This document shows positions 46,172 through 56,095 of a stretch of DNA of 64,000 bases, piece by piece. The stretch is from the NCBI GenBank assembly GCA_033763315.1, contig JANRKS010000040.1, positions 192,001 through 256,000 of the forward strand. Reading direction: 5' to 3'. The stretch is from Deltaproteobacteria bacterium (lineage in GTDB: Bacteria; Myxococcota_A; Polyangia; Fen-1088). The translations under genes and the position numbers were made by a program. The first letter of the stretch is position 1, and every line of letters starts with the position of its first letter. Under the pieces are notes generated by a model, which was not told where the DNA came from, did not search any database, and saw nothing but the letters and a program-made list of their open reading frames with translations.

Positions 46172-47922
46172 TGGAAACCCGGCGAAGCTATTGTACGCAG
46201 TCGGACAGCAATTACCTCACGCGGGGCATTGCGCTGTGCGAATCGATGCAGCGCCATGAGAAACACCCGTACGTTATCTATTACGTATGCCTCGACGAAA
46301 TCACCCGCACAGTGCTTGAAGCGTTGCGGTTGCCCAATGTGATCCCCGTGCCTTTGCACGACGTGGAGCGTGGCAATGAGCCGCTGCGGGTGGCGCGCGG
46401 CAATCGCTCTCTGGTTGAATACTATTGGACGCTGACGGCCACCATCTTGGATTGGGTGATGGAGCAGCACCCCCAGATCCACACCCTCACTTACCTCGAC
46501 GCGGATCTATACTTCTATTCCTCTCCGGATCCGGTTTTTGAGGAGCTCAAGCAGGGATCCGTCGCCATCCATGAGCACCGGTTCTCGCCCGAACTCGCAC
46601 ACTTGGCGGTTGAGAACGGGCGCTTCAACGTGGGCCTTATGAGTTTTCGGCGCGACAGCAACGGCATGGCGGCGTTGCGCTGGTGGCGCGATCGCTGCCT
46701 TGAGTGGTGCTATGCCAAGCCCGAAGATGGCAAGCTAGGCGATCAAAAGTATCTGGAACAATTCCAAACACGTTTTAGTGGCGTGGTGGTGCTGCAACAC
46801 CTGGGCATCGCGTTGGCGCCCTGGAACCAATCGCAGTTCACGATTCAAAGCTCCCCGGGCACCACGCCCACAATCAACGGCCAGCCGCTGGTGTTTTTTC
46901 ACTTTCACGCCTTGGCCGTGCCAGATCCCGATGTGGTGATCGCAGCCAAACACGCCTATGTGGTGGGTGAGTCAGTGGTGCGCGCGTGTTACGTCCCCTA
47001 CTGTGAGGCGCTCGATCGGGCCGCCGCACGCATCAGGGGCGTTGCACCCAGCTCTTCTTTCGGCATGCACGAACCGGTGCCCGTCCGCGCTGAACACGCC
47101 CTGATCGTGAAGCAAGGCGCGCTCGGCGCCAAGCCGGGACTGGCGCCCATTGCCACGCAACGACGGCGGGTATCCATGGGTGCGTGGGACGCCTATTTCC
47201 CTGATCCCGCCGCACGACCGGTGCACACCGAACAGGCTCATGACACCCAAGGCAGCGGCGACGAGTTGCTGCTGTCTTTGCATGGCTTGCTGATCACGCG
47301 CAAGGTTGAGACATTGGTGTTCGCGGGGGCACATCTGTTTCAAGAAGCCTCGTTGCTGTTCACGTTGCTGCCGAAGCTCAAACGGGTTTACCTGTTTGAG
47401 CCGCTGCCTCAGCTCTTCGCCAAGCTCAAGCAATGGGAAGTGCGCGATCCGCGCGTGCGGGTGTTTCCTTATGCGCTCAGCGACGGCGACGGGCAGGCCA
47501 CCTTTCACGTCACCAACAACGACGCGCAATCCAGCTCGCTGCTGCCGTTGGCGAAGCACACGGAGATCTTCCCCGAAGTGGTTGAAGTGGAGAAGATCAC
47601 CGTGGAGCGAAAAACACTGGCCAGTGTGATGGCTTTTCATGATCTTGCGCCGCCAGATATGCTGTTTATCGACACGCAGGGCGCCGAGTACCAAATCCTG
47701 TCGTCGTTGTCTCAAGATCTCTTGCGTGGGGTGTCCCTCATCTACACGGAGGTGAGCACGGAAGAGCTCTATGCCGGAGGCCGCACCTTGGATGACATCA
47801 AAGCCTTGCTGGCACCCGAATTCGTGTTCGTGGCGTTTGCGCCGTTGTTTCCTCACACCCCTACGCACGGAAACGCGCTGTTTGTGAATCAAAATGCGAC
47901 GTGGCTGCTCAAGCAGGGCTAA
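46168..47922 (+). CDS. GT-A glycosyltransferase + FkbM methyltransferase fusion
   Basis: YLDADLYFYS, FNVG, GDQKYL, FFHFH; then GAH, FEP, SSSLL, IDTQGAEYQIL, YTEVS..ELY.G. Confidence 0.82.
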   Translation: MMETRRSYCTQSDSNYLTRGIALCESMQRHEKHPYVIYYVCLDEITRTVLEALRLPNVIPVPLHDVERGNEPLRVARGNRSLVEYYWTLTATILDWVMEQHPQIHTLTYLDADLYFYSSPDPVFEELKQGSVAIHEHRFSPELAHLAVENGRFNVGLMSFRRDSNGMAALRWWRDRCLEWCYAKPEDGKLGDQKYLEQFQTRFSGVVVLQHLGIALAPWNQSQFTIQSSPGTTPTINGQPLVFFHFHALAVPDPDVVIAAKHAYVVGESVVRACYVPYCEALDRAAARIRGVAPSSSFGMHEPVPVRAEHALIVKQGALGAKPGLAPIATQRRRVSMGAWDAYFPDPAARPVHTEQAHDTQGSGDELLLSLHGLLITRKVETLVFAGAHLFQEASLLFTLLPKLKRVYLFEPLPQLFAKLKQWEVRDPRVRVFPYALSDGDGQATFHVTNNDAQSSSLLPLAKHTEIFPEVVEVEKITVERKTLASVMAFHDLAPPDMLFIDTQGAEYQILSSLSQDLLRGVSLIYTEVSTEELYAGGRTLDDIKALLAPEFVFVAFAPLFPHTPTHGNALFVNQNATWLLKQG

Positions 47923-49679
47923 GGGCTGTTGGCAAACGCATAGAGGCGCACAAACAGCCCCGTCAAACTTGTGGGCACTCGCTCTCCGTGCCACGTTTGC
48001 AGGAGTCGACGCATATGCGTTTTGATGAGCGCCAGCTCCTCGGCTTCCGTGGTCAAACGAAACGCCTCAGGATCCAGCAAAGGCAGCAACGAATCTGCCC
48101 CCTGCTCCACCACATCACTCAACAGATCGGCCTGCCGCAGCCGATCGGCGCGCTGGTATACATCAAGCCGAGCCTCGGCCGCGTGAGCGATGCTGCTTAA
48201 CTTGTGGCGACCGTAAACGCCAATCGGTGTGTGTTGCGGCAAGGGATAGCTTTGCCGCAAATCGAATAAGGACCGGTGATGGTCAAAGGCGTACCACCGA
48301 AACGCCTGCACGATCCGTTCGGCCCGCCAGCCGTCCGCCAGCGCGCTTTCAATCGCAGCAAAATAGTGTTCGCGGCTTTCGTCACCCACATAGTTGAGCT
48401 CCGGCGGATAGAACACCAGCTCCTTGGAATAGATGACCGCAGGAATCCCGAGCAGCGCCATCTCCTTGCCCGCGCTTGACCAGGCATTAAGAAAGACGTC
48501 CGTGATCTCTGCCAGATCGAAGATCGAAATCTCGTCTGTGGGCCAGTTAACCCGTACGTTGGCGGGAAGCGTGGCGAAGAGCTGTTTTAGCTTCGCAGCG
48601 TGCTGCGAAACGTTGCCGCGAAACTCACGCGGGTGCACCCGAATGATGAAGAACAAGTCGGGACGATCGGCGACGTATTCGATCACCGCTTGCACCCAAT
48701 CAGCTTGACGGTCAAAGAGCAACCGGCCTGAATAATCAGGCAGGGCATGCACAGCCTCGGCCGCAAACCGTTCATCGTAGCTGCTCATCGTTGCAACCAA
48801 CACGCTGGCGCCGCCCGGCACGCCGAAGCGTTCGCGCAGATCGCCCACATCTTTATTGCGCGCCGATGAATACGCCCAATGACCAATGCCTTGGATCAAG
48901 GTTAGGAAGTGATCCACCGTCTGCGAGATCTCATCGCCCCCCGCGGGAATGCCACTCCACCGGGGCCAGTCGGCAATCTGCTGGGCAAAAAAGTCAAACG
49001 TGTATCGGCGCGTGAGGAAGATGTATTGAATTCGATGCGCAAGATTGGCGCCGGCGTGCAGCGAATAGCAAGGAATGCCTTGCGATTCCACGTAGTGAAG
49101 GAAGATCTGGTTTACGGGGTAAAGCGCGTTGTAAATGATTACGCGCTCGGGCTTTTCCTGTGCCACCAGCTTCTTGGCCGCCGCCAAACCAAGCAGCGTG
49201 TTGAACAGCTCGATGCGGTAGATCGCCATCTCTTCGGCACTGAAATGCAGATCAATACGCTTCGTATCAAGCAGCAGTACATAAAGCGCCGTGCGACCCA
49301 CGGGCATGCCGTCAACGAAGTAATTCTCAACGCCCTCTTTCGGGCACGCTTCGAGCATCTCGTTGGCCCAGGTGACGTCGGCCTCGGTGATGACATCCGA
49401 GAGCCGGCAGCCCGGCAACGCCATATTTGTGCGCAGCAGTTCGCCTTGAAAATGGCAAAGCGCGCACACCCGCGATCGCACCTCAAGCGAACTGCCGTGC
49501 GGCGCGCTGTTGGCGTCCATGGCCTCGCAGTGGTTTTTCAACACCTCGCCGCACGTGACGTAACAAACGTCATGCCCCGACTTCATCAGAGATTCAGCGA
49601 GCACAGCTTCGGGAAACGCATGCACCCAAATCGCTGCGCGCGGGCTTAAAAACAGCACCTTTTTCTTACTTGTGCTCAC
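47919..49679 (-). CDS. Capsule polysaccharide biosynthesis (KpsS/KpsC-like) protein, candidate nonulosonate transferase
   Basis: LFDRQ.DW, IIRVHPRE, WSSAGKE..LLG.P; last gene of the pse operon; GTG 49679 with AGGAA upstream. Confidence 0.6.
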   Translation of the reverse strand: MSTSKKKVLFLSPRAAIWVHAFPEAVLAESLMKSGHDVCYVTCGEVLKNHCEAMDANSAPHGSSLEVRSRVCALCHFQGELLRTNMALPGCRLSDVITEADVTWANEMLEACPKEGVENYFVDGMPVGRTALYVLLLDTKRIDLHFSAEEMAIYRIELFNTLLGLAAAKKLVAQEKPERVIIYNALYPVNQIFLHYVESQGIPCYSLHAGANLAHRIQYIFLTRRYTFDFFAQQIADWPRWSGIPAGGDEISQTVDHFLTLIQGIGHWAYSSARNKDVGDLRERFGVPGGASVLVATMSSYDERFAAEAVHALPDYSGRLLFDRQADWVQAVIEYVADRPDLFFIIRVHPREFRGNVSQHAAKLKQLFATLPANVRVNWPTDEISIFDLAEITDVFLNAWSSAGKEMALLGIPAVIYSKELVFYPPELNYVGDESREHYFAAIESALADGWRAERIVQAFRWYAFDHHRSLFDLRQSYPLPQHTPIGVYGRHKLSSIAHAAEARLDVYQRADRLRQADLLSDVVEQGADSLLPLLDPEAFRLTTEAEELALIKTHMRRLLQTWHGERVPTSLTGLFVRLYAFANSP

Positions 49680-49687
49680 GGCGGTTC

Positions 49688-50743
49688 CTATTCCAGCATA
49701 TCCCAAGTCAATGCCGTGCCCCGCTTTAGCGCCCGCTTGAGCTTCCGCCCCAGCACCTGCTCGAAGTGTTTGGGGGCCATGGCGAACCCCGGACGAATGA
49801 CACGCAAGTTCTGGCGCGTGAGCGGCTCACCCGCGGCCACGTCAGCAACAACATAAAGCGACCGCCGAAACACGCGCGATCCCGCTTCGGCCTTCAATGT
49901 GCCGTACCTCACCTCACCCAACGCCTGCCAGGCACGTTCGGTTTCCACCACCAACGACGCCATTTCAGCAGGCTCAAGCGAAAACGTGGAATCCACCCCG
50001 CCATCGCGCCTCGCCAGCGTGAAGTGCTTCTCCACCACGGTGGCCCCCAGCGCCACCGCCGCCACCGCCGCGCCCACACCCATGGTGTGATCCGAAAGAC
50101 CCACTTCCACATCGAACAACTGGCGCAAATGAGGAATCGTTCGCAGGTGCGAGTTCAGCGGTGTTGCTGGATAGGTGCTCGTGCATTTGAGCAAAATAAG
50201 GTCCCGGCAACCGCCCGCGCGAGCCGTGGTCACCATCTCTTCAAGTTCGGCCAAACTGGCCATGCCGGTGGAGATGATCATCGGCTTGCCCGTGCCAGCC
50301 ACCTTGCGGATCAAAGGCAGATCGGTGTTCTCGAACGAGGCAATCTTGTAGCAAGGCACCGCAAGCGATTCCAAGAAATCAACCGCCGTTTCGTCGAACG
50401 GGGTGGAGAAACACAGCATGTTGCGTTCAGCGGCCCGCGCAAAAAGTGCCGCGTGCCAATCCCATGGCGTGTGTGCTTCTTGGTAAAGCTCGTACAGGGA
50501 GCGCCCCGCCCACAGACTCTTCGGATCGTTGATGCGAAAATCGCCCTCATCAAGATCTATGGTCATCGTATCGGCGGTGTACGTTTGCAGCTTGATCGCA
50601 TGGGCACCCGCGTCGGCCGCGGCGTCTACGATGGCCAACGCCCGCTCAAGCGATTGGTTGTGGTTGCCCGACATTTCAGCGATCACAAACGGCGCGTGAG
50701 CGAGGCCCACGGCGCGCGACCCGATGTGCAAGGTTTTGCTCAT
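49688..50743 (-). CDS. pseI: Pseudaminic acid synthase
   Basis: IAEMSGNHNQSLERA, KLQTYTADTMT, YKIASFE, GLSDHTMG, EKHFTL.R.DGGVDS.FSLEP, C-terminal SAF domain; start 50743. Confidence 0.93.
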   Translation of the reverse strand: MSKTLHIGSRAVGLAHAPFVIAEMSGNHNQSLERALAIVDAAADAGAHAIKLQTYTADTMTIDLDEGDFRINDPKSLWAGRSLYELYQEAHTPWDWHAALFARAAERNMLCFSTPFDETAVDFLESLAVPCYKIASFENTDLPLIRKVAGTGKPMIISTGMASLAELEEMVTTARAGGCRDLILLKCTSTYPATPLNSHLRTIPHLRQLFDVEVGLSDHTMGVGAAVAAVALGATVVEKHFTLARRDGGVDSTFSLEPAEMASLVVETERAWQALGEVRYGTLKAEAGSRVFRRSLYVVADVAAGEPLTRQNLRVIRPGFAMAPKHFEQVLGRKLKRALKRGTALTWDMLE

Positions 50744-51462
50744 GCTTTCCCCGTGTTCTCCAAATGGCGCCCCACCATGAATGCTTCGGCCGCCTCCATG
50801 CCCACAGAAGCGCCCCGCCATAGGGCAAGATGGGTCACGGCTTCAATCGATCGCGCGTGTGGCCAGGCACGCATCTCGCTGCTGTAGCACCGTAAGGCCT
50901 CTTGCTTGCGTGGCAAGGTGGCGCCAACGTCCACAAACCACGTGGGCACAAATGGTGCGCTCGCAGGATTCCATTCGGTGCTCGACGGCACTTCAAAGAA
51001 CAGCAAGGTTTGCACAAAGAAGCCCGGCTGCGGGCGGCAAGCCGTCACCACTGCGTTGTGCACGCACGCGTGATCCACATTGAGATCCGATCGATTGTGC
51101 GTGTAAACCACCGCGGGCCGGTGCGTGGCTAAAAATGCTTCCACCACTTTAACAACGTCGAGAAGCGCCACAGTGTCCATGCGGTTGTCGGGAAAGTCGT
51201 GCAACACCAACGATGACGTTCCCAACACAGCATGCGCGGCTTCGGCCGCCTGCCGCAGTTGAGAAAGGCCGCTTTTGTGCGCCCCCACGTCGCGCGTGGG
51301 ATCTCGGCTCGTCAGCCCTTCCGCCAAAATGAGCACCGCCACGGTATCGCCCTCGGCAACGTGGCGAGCGATCACGCCGCCGCACCCCAACACTTCGTCA
51401 TCGGGGTGTGCCGCGATCACAGCCACGCGGCGAGGGCCTTTGTTGTTGACGATGGAGCTCAT
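50740..51462 (-). CDS. PIG-L/LmbE family N-deacetylase
   Basis: AAHPDDEVLGCGG, FPDNRMD, DLNVDH, FEVPSSTEW; start at 51462 or 51486. Confidence 0.9.
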   Translation of the reverse strand: MSSIVNNKGPRRVAVIAAHPDDEVLGCGGVIARHVAEGDTVAVLILAEGLTSRDPTRDVGAHKSGLSQLRQAAEAAHAVLGTSSLVLHDFPDNRMDTVALLDVVKVVEAFLATHRPAVVYTHNRSDLNVDHACVHNAVVTACRPQPGFFVQTLLFFEVPSSTEWNPASAPFVPTWFVDVGATLPRKQEALRCYSSEMRAWPHARSIEAVTHLALWRGASVGMEAAEAFMVGRHLENTGKA

Positions 51463-51482
51463 GAAAATCTGTGCCTTTGCCT

Positions 51483-52172
51483 TCAAGAGCCTTTGGGTTT
51501 GGGCACCACGCGCACCTGTGCCGTCAGCGATTCGCCCTGCAGGCTGGCATGGCTGAACTCGAACCTCAAGAATTCCGTTTCGATGAACGCCGCTGGATAC
51601 CCCGGGGCGTCCAACATGCGTATGAAGTCGTACGCGGCGTCAATCGATGTGACTTGCGCCATTTCACTTTCGTGCGGCCTGCGCCGGGCGAACGCCACGG
51701 CCTCTCCGGTTTGCGGCATCGGTGTTGGCCTCGTCGCCACAATTTCCGCAATCATGTCCTCGATGAGATGGGTGCCGCGGATGTAGATCTCTTCCGCGCG
51801 CCCCGCAAGCGAAAGCGGCCGCTTGAGGTAGACAGGCCCTGTATCGAGCCCCGCCTCACAGCGCAGCGCCGTCATCTGAGTGTCCTGCACGCCACGCACC
51901 AACAGGTTCTGCAGGGGGCTGCCGCCGCGGCCAAACGGCACGTCGGTCATGTGGAAGATCACGCACGTAAACGTGTCAAACACGCTGGCGGGGATCCGAT
52001 GAGACCAGTGCGGAAAGAACACCCAGTCGGGCGCGAACGCCTTCAGCGCCTCCGCGGTGAGCTGTTCGGGAGCGGTGATGTGCCTTGTGACGGCGCCGCA
52101 CCTGGCAGCCACGCGCTCGGCAAGGCCGGGCACCCAATCCCTCGAAGTGGCGATGACGATCCGTGGCTTCAT
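51483..52172 (-). CDS. Formyltransferase (Fmt-like)
   Basis: FFPHWS, VIFHMTDVPFGRGGSPLQNL, LDTGPVY, YDFIRMLDA.GYP.AF. Confidence 0.88.
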   Translation of the reverse strand: MKPRIVIATSRDWVPGLAERVAARCGAVTRHITAPEQLTAEALKAFAPDWVFFPHWSHRIPASVFDTFTCVIFHMTDVPFGRGGSPLQNLLVRGVQDTQMTALRCEAGLDTGPVYLKRPLSLAGRAEEIYIRGTHLIEDMIAEIVATRPTPMPQTGEAVAFARRRPHESEMAQVTSIDAAYDFIRMLDAPGYPAAFIETEFLRFEFSHASLQGESLTAQVRVVPKPKGS

Positions 52173-53902
52173 GACGACCGCCGGTCCTTCTCAATACGCA
52201 ACACGTACCGCACACCGTGGTGATCGAAGAACGCAGGATAGGCGTCGTTGTCCACCACCCGCAGCAAGTTGAATTGTTCAGCCAACGTGAGCGCAGGATC
52301 GAGGCGGCTGTCTTCGGCGCGCCTTCGGGGATAGGTGCTTGGGGTGCCCCTTTGCTCGCACGCCGTTTGTACAGCCTCGGGGTAATTCTGCACCCACCAC
52401 TGGCACAGGCGCAACGTAGCCTCGGCTTGCAAGGCGCGCAACTCATCGACCAGCTCATGACCTTGCAGCTGCATTTGGGTCTGCGCATAGATCGGCCCGC
52501 TGTCCACGCTGAGCTGTGCCTCGAACAAAGTTACGGGTATGCAAGCCTTGCCCTCAAGAACTTGCCACGTCATCGGTGACCAGCCACGGCCGCGTGGCAG
52601 ATCACTTTCATGCACCACCACATTGTGCACGTTTCGCGCAAGAATCGCCGCGCCAGCCAGCTGGCCGCAACTCAAGAACAGCGCACAATCGCCCATCCCC
52701 AGCGCGTTGACTTGATGCACCCACGTCACCTCGTGGCCAGCCGCCTTCCACCCATCAAGCAAAGGTGGCAGAAAGCGGTTAAGCCAGCTGTGCTCATCGG
52801 AAACAACGTTTAAGCGGAGGCGACGATCAAGCGCCGCCGCCGCGCGCGCGGCGCCCTGCCCGTCGACCAGACGCTGGCCTCGTTGCGACAGGCGCGCAAG
52901 CAACGAGGGCCGCGCCAGCATTCGCGCGATGGCCGAGGCCACAGCGTCAATGGTCAGAGCCTCCGCGTTCCCCAAAAACCACGCAAACCGTTCGGCACCC
53001 GCGCCCTTGCCAATCTCTATCTGGTTGTGGGCGATCGCAATCAGGATCGCAGGCAGCCCCAAACAGCACCGTTCCCACGTGGAGATGCCTGGGGCGCCAA
53101 TCATAAGATCCGCTGCCTGCATCAACGCCGCCATCTGGTCCGTCTGCACGTGAAGTTGCGCACGGGGCAAAGCCGCGCACAAGCGCGCCACCTCTTCCGC
53201 CTGCGGGTGGCTCTTGCCGATCACCACATCGATGTGAAGGTTCTCGCTCGCCACACGCTGCAGGGCCTGCAGCACCAAGCCAGTGACGTTGTGTGGATCG
53301 CCCCCGCCCAGGCTCACCAGCAAGCGACGCGCACTTACGGCTGGGTGTGGCCACAGGCGCGGCTTTTGGCGCCGCAGCTCGAGAAACGCGGGCCGCAACA
53401 GTGCAAAACGTGGCCCCAGCAACAGCCGACAATTCGTGGGCACAAGGCCCTCGTAACGGCGGGGTTGCAACTGCAAATTGGCGTCCAGCAGAACATCGGC
53501 GTCGTGAGGGCGATCGGCCAAATCGTCGATCACAGCCACTTGCTGCGCAAAGGCACGCAGGTTCCGCTCAGCACGCGCGTCGAGCGCGTAGTGATCCACC
53601 ACCGCCCAATCCCAGCTTGACAAGGACCCAAGCGCAGCGTTGACCTGTTGCACTTCTTCGTCGAGGCTCGCGCCTAACCAGCGTGCGTGTCGTGGCCCCG
53701 CCGCCGTCGGATTGCCCAAAGGCAAAGCAATCACTTCAAACCCTTGCGCCTTCACATGCTCGGAAAAGTGCCCAGGATGCAGCCGCGACAGAAACACAAC
53801 TTGGGCACCGCGTGCCCGCAAAGCGGCTGCCAGCGCCAAGCAGCGCATGACGTGGCCAGAGCCAATCTCGGTCGAGGCGTCAGCCCTGACCAAAACCCTC
53901 AT
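52169..53902 (-). CDS. pseG: PseG UDP-sugar hydrolase fused to a C-terminal formyltransferase domain
   Basis: RADAS.EIGSGHVMRCL.LA, VDHY, IDDLADR, LGGGD, G.STWERCCLGLP, DGQGA; then VHESDLPRGRGWSP, VDSGPIY, FNLLRVVDN..YPAFF. Confidence 0.88.
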   Translation of the reverse strand: MRVLVRADASTEIGSGHVMRCLALAAALRARGAQVVFLSRLHPGHFSEHVKAQGFEVIALPLGNPTAAGPRHARWLGASLDEEVQQVNAALGSLSSWDWAVVDHYALDARAERNLRAFAQQVAVIDDLADRPHDADVLLDANLQLQPRRYEGLVPTNCRLLLGPRFALLRPAFLELRRQKPRLWPHPAVSARRLLVSLGGGDPHNVTGLVLQALQRVASENLHIDVVIGKSHPQAEEVARLCAALPRAQLHVQTDQMAALMQAADLMIGAPGISTWERCCLGLPAILIAIAHNQIEIGKGAGAERFAWFLGNAEALTIDAVASAIARMLARPSLLARLSQRGQRLVDGQGAARAAAALDRRLRLNVVSDEHSWLNRFLPPLLDGWKAAGHEVTWVHQVNALGMGDCALFLSCGQLAGAAILARNVHNVVVHESDLPRGRGWSPMTWQVLEGKACIPVTLFEAQLSVDSGPIYAQTQMQLQGHELVDELRALQAEATLRLCQWWVQNYPEAVQTACEQRGTPSTYPRRRAEDSRLDPALTLAEQFNLLRVVDNDAYPAFFDHHGVRYVLRIEKDRRSS

Positions 53903-55059
53903 GCGCCGCTTTCCTTGATCGCCTCTTTTAAGGCTGCGATGCACACGTCTTGCTCGGCAAAAGACAACGACGCATAAAGCGGCATAGATATCGCCTCGGC
54001 ATAGTAGCGTTCCGCTTCAGGAAACATGCCGTCACGGAAGCCCAACGCCATAAAGTCAGGCTGCGTATGCACGGGGATGTAGTGCACATTCACGCCGATG
54101 TCAGCCGCGCGCAATGACTCGAAGATCTCTCGCCGCTGTGCCGCCGGCACGCGCACCACGAACAGATGCCACGAAGGGTCGGCATCGGAATGAACACCCT
54201 GCACGTGCACAAGGGTGTGTGCCAGGGCGGCGCGATAGCGTTCCACCAACACGCGGCGGCGGGTCACGAATGTTTGCAGCCGGTGCATTTGGCTTGCGCC
54301 CAACGCCGCCTGGATGTCGGTCATGCGGTAGTTGAAGCCAAGCTCAACCTGCTGGTAATACCAAGGGCCATGCGACTCCCCCTGCATCAGCGCACGCTCG
54401 CGCGTGATGCCATGGGTTCGCAGCCGCAATAGGCGTTCGAACAACGCTTGGCTCTTCGTGACCACCACGCCGCCTTCGCCCGTGGTCACGATCTTGACCG
54501 GATGAAAGCTGAAGATGGTGGCATCGGAGTGATTGCAGTTGCCTACGGGTGCGCCCTTGTAACTCGCGCCAATGGCATGCGAAGCGTCTTCCAGCAAGCG
54601 AAAGCCGTAACGGTCTGCCAATGCGGCAAACTCGGCCATCGGGCAGGACTGCCCCGCGAAGTGCACGGGGATCACAAGCTTTGGCATCAGCCCGCCGCTG
54701 CGCTGCGTGCGTTCGAGCTTGTCCGCCAAGGCGGCCACGCTCATATTCAAGGTTGCTGGATCAATATCCACGAAGTCCACACGTGCGCCGCAGTAGCGCG
54801 CGCAGTTGGCGCTCGCCACAAACGTATTGGGCGACGTCCACACCATATCCCCTGGCCCCACGTCCATCGCCAAACAAGCCAAATGCAAGGCCGCGGTGGC
54901 AGAGCTCACGGCCACGGCGAAAGGCACCGCGGCGGCCTGCGCCACAGCCGTCTCAAAACGCGCGATCGCTGGACCCTGCGTAAGCCAATCCGAACGCAAC
55001 ACCGCCTCCACGGCTTCAATGTCGTCGTCATCAATGGACTGGCGTCCGTACGGGATCAT
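53899..55059 (-). CDS. pseC: UDP-4-amino-4,6-dideoxy-N-acetyl-beta-L-altrosamine transaminase
   Basis: MIPYGRQSI..DDI, LTQGP, SFHPVKIVTTGEGG, LGFNYRMTDIQAALG. Confidence 0.95.
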   Translation of the reverse strand: MIPYGRQSIDDDDIEAVEAVLRSDWLTQGPAIARFETAVAQAAAVPFAVAVSSATAALHLACLAMDVGPGDMVWTSPNTFVASANCARYCGARVDFVDIDPATLNMSVAALADKLERTQRSGGLMPKLVIPVHFAGQSCPMAEFAALADRYGFRLLEDASHAIGASYKGAPVGNCNHSDATIFSFHPVKIVTTGEGGVVVTKSQALFERLLRLRTHGITRERALMQGESHGPWYYQQVELGFNYRMTDIQAALGASQMHRLQTFVTRRRVLVERYRAALAHTLVHVQGVHSDADPSWHLFVVRVPAAQRREIFESLRAADIGVNVHYIPVHTQPDFMALGFRDGMFPEAERYYAEAISMPLYASLSFAEQDVCIAALKEAIKESGA

Positions 55060-56054
55060 AGGGCGGATCCGTTAAACTCTTTCAGCTCAGCGGTGGTCAA
55101 GAAGTGCGGGTTCGTATCGGAGGCATATTTGAAGCCTTCGTCCACGGGCTTGCCACTTTCACCTAGGGCATTGGTGGAAAACTCCGTGACGTTTGCCAGC
55201 TGCAGCGTGGGAGCGATGACGAAGTGATCTGCAAACTCATACGTGTGTGTGCTGTCGTCGCGGGAGATCATCGTCTCATGCAGCTTTTCACCGGGACGAA
55301 TGCCGATCACACGGTGAGGCATCCCAGGAGCGATTGCCTCCACCAAATCCAAGATGCGCACGGAAGGAATTTTCGGCACGAAGATCTCGCCGCGCCGCAT
55401 GCGTTGAAAATTCTTTAGAACGAAATCTACGCCGACCTGCAGCTTCAGCCAAAAGCGGGTCATGCGTGGATCAGTCACCGGCAGGACTGTGGCGCCTTCG
55501 GCAACCAAGCGCTTGAAGAACGGCACCACCGACCCGCGCGAGCCCACGACGTTGCCATACCGAACCACGGCAAAACGCGTGCGGTGCGTGCCAACGATGT
55601 TGTTGGCCGCCACAAACAACTTATCGGAAAGCAGCTTGGTGGCCCCGTAAAGGTTGATAGGGCTTGAGGCTTTGTCGGTGGATAGGGCGATCACCTTCTC
55701 AACACCGTTTTCGATGGCCGCGGCGATCACGTTTTCAGCACCCGAAACGTTGGTACGAATAAACTCGGTGGGATTGTATTCAGCCGCCGGCACTTGTTTG
55801 AGCGCGGCCGCGTGAACCACAAAATCGACGTCGCGCATGGCTTGGCGCAAGCGGGCGGCGTCGCGAACGTCACCCAAGAAGTAACGCATACAAGGTGCAT
55901 TGAACTCCTGCGACATATCGAACTGTTTCAGCTCGTCGCGCGAGAACACCACCACGCGCCGGGGCTTGTAGCGTTGCAAAATGGTGCGAATGAATTTTTG
56001 ACCAAAGGATCCCGTGCCACCCGTGATCAAGATCGACTTCTCGTTAAGCATCAC
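55056..56054 (-). CDS. pseB: UDP-N-acetylglucosamine 4,6-dehydratase (inverting)
   Basis: ITGGTGSFG, SRDELKQ, HAAALKQVPAAEYNP, LYGATKL.SDK, RYGNVVGSRGSV, GIRPGEKLHE. Confidence 0.97.
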   Translation of the reverse strand: MMLNEKSILITGGTGSFGQKFIRTILQRYKPRRVVVFSRDELKQFDMSQEFNAPCMRYFLGDVRDAARLRQAMRDVDFVVHAAALKQVPAAEYNPTEFIRTNVSGAENVIAAAIENGVEKVIALSTDKASSPINLYGATKLLSDKLFVAANNIVGTHRTRFAVVRYGNVVGSRGSVVPFFKRLVAEGATVLPVTDPRMTRFWLKLQVGVDFVLKNFQRMRRGEIFVPKIPSVRILDLVEAIAPGMPHRVIGIRPGEKLHETMISRDDSTHTYEFADHFVIAPTLQLANVTEFSTNALGESGKPVDEGFKYASDTNPHFLTTAELKEFNGSAL

Positions 56055-56095
56055 ATCCCTACCTGTTGGTCAGTCTCGGCAACCCCGCCGCCCGT

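Noticed and set aside
49454-49468. CALCH (CxxCH) in the KpsS-like protein as a heme c site
   Set aside because: The protein has no export signal, so Ccm attachment is unlikely; treated as a possible metal site instead
49766-50887. 373-aa plus-strand ORF
   Set aside because: Antisense shadow of pseI, typical of high-GC codon bias
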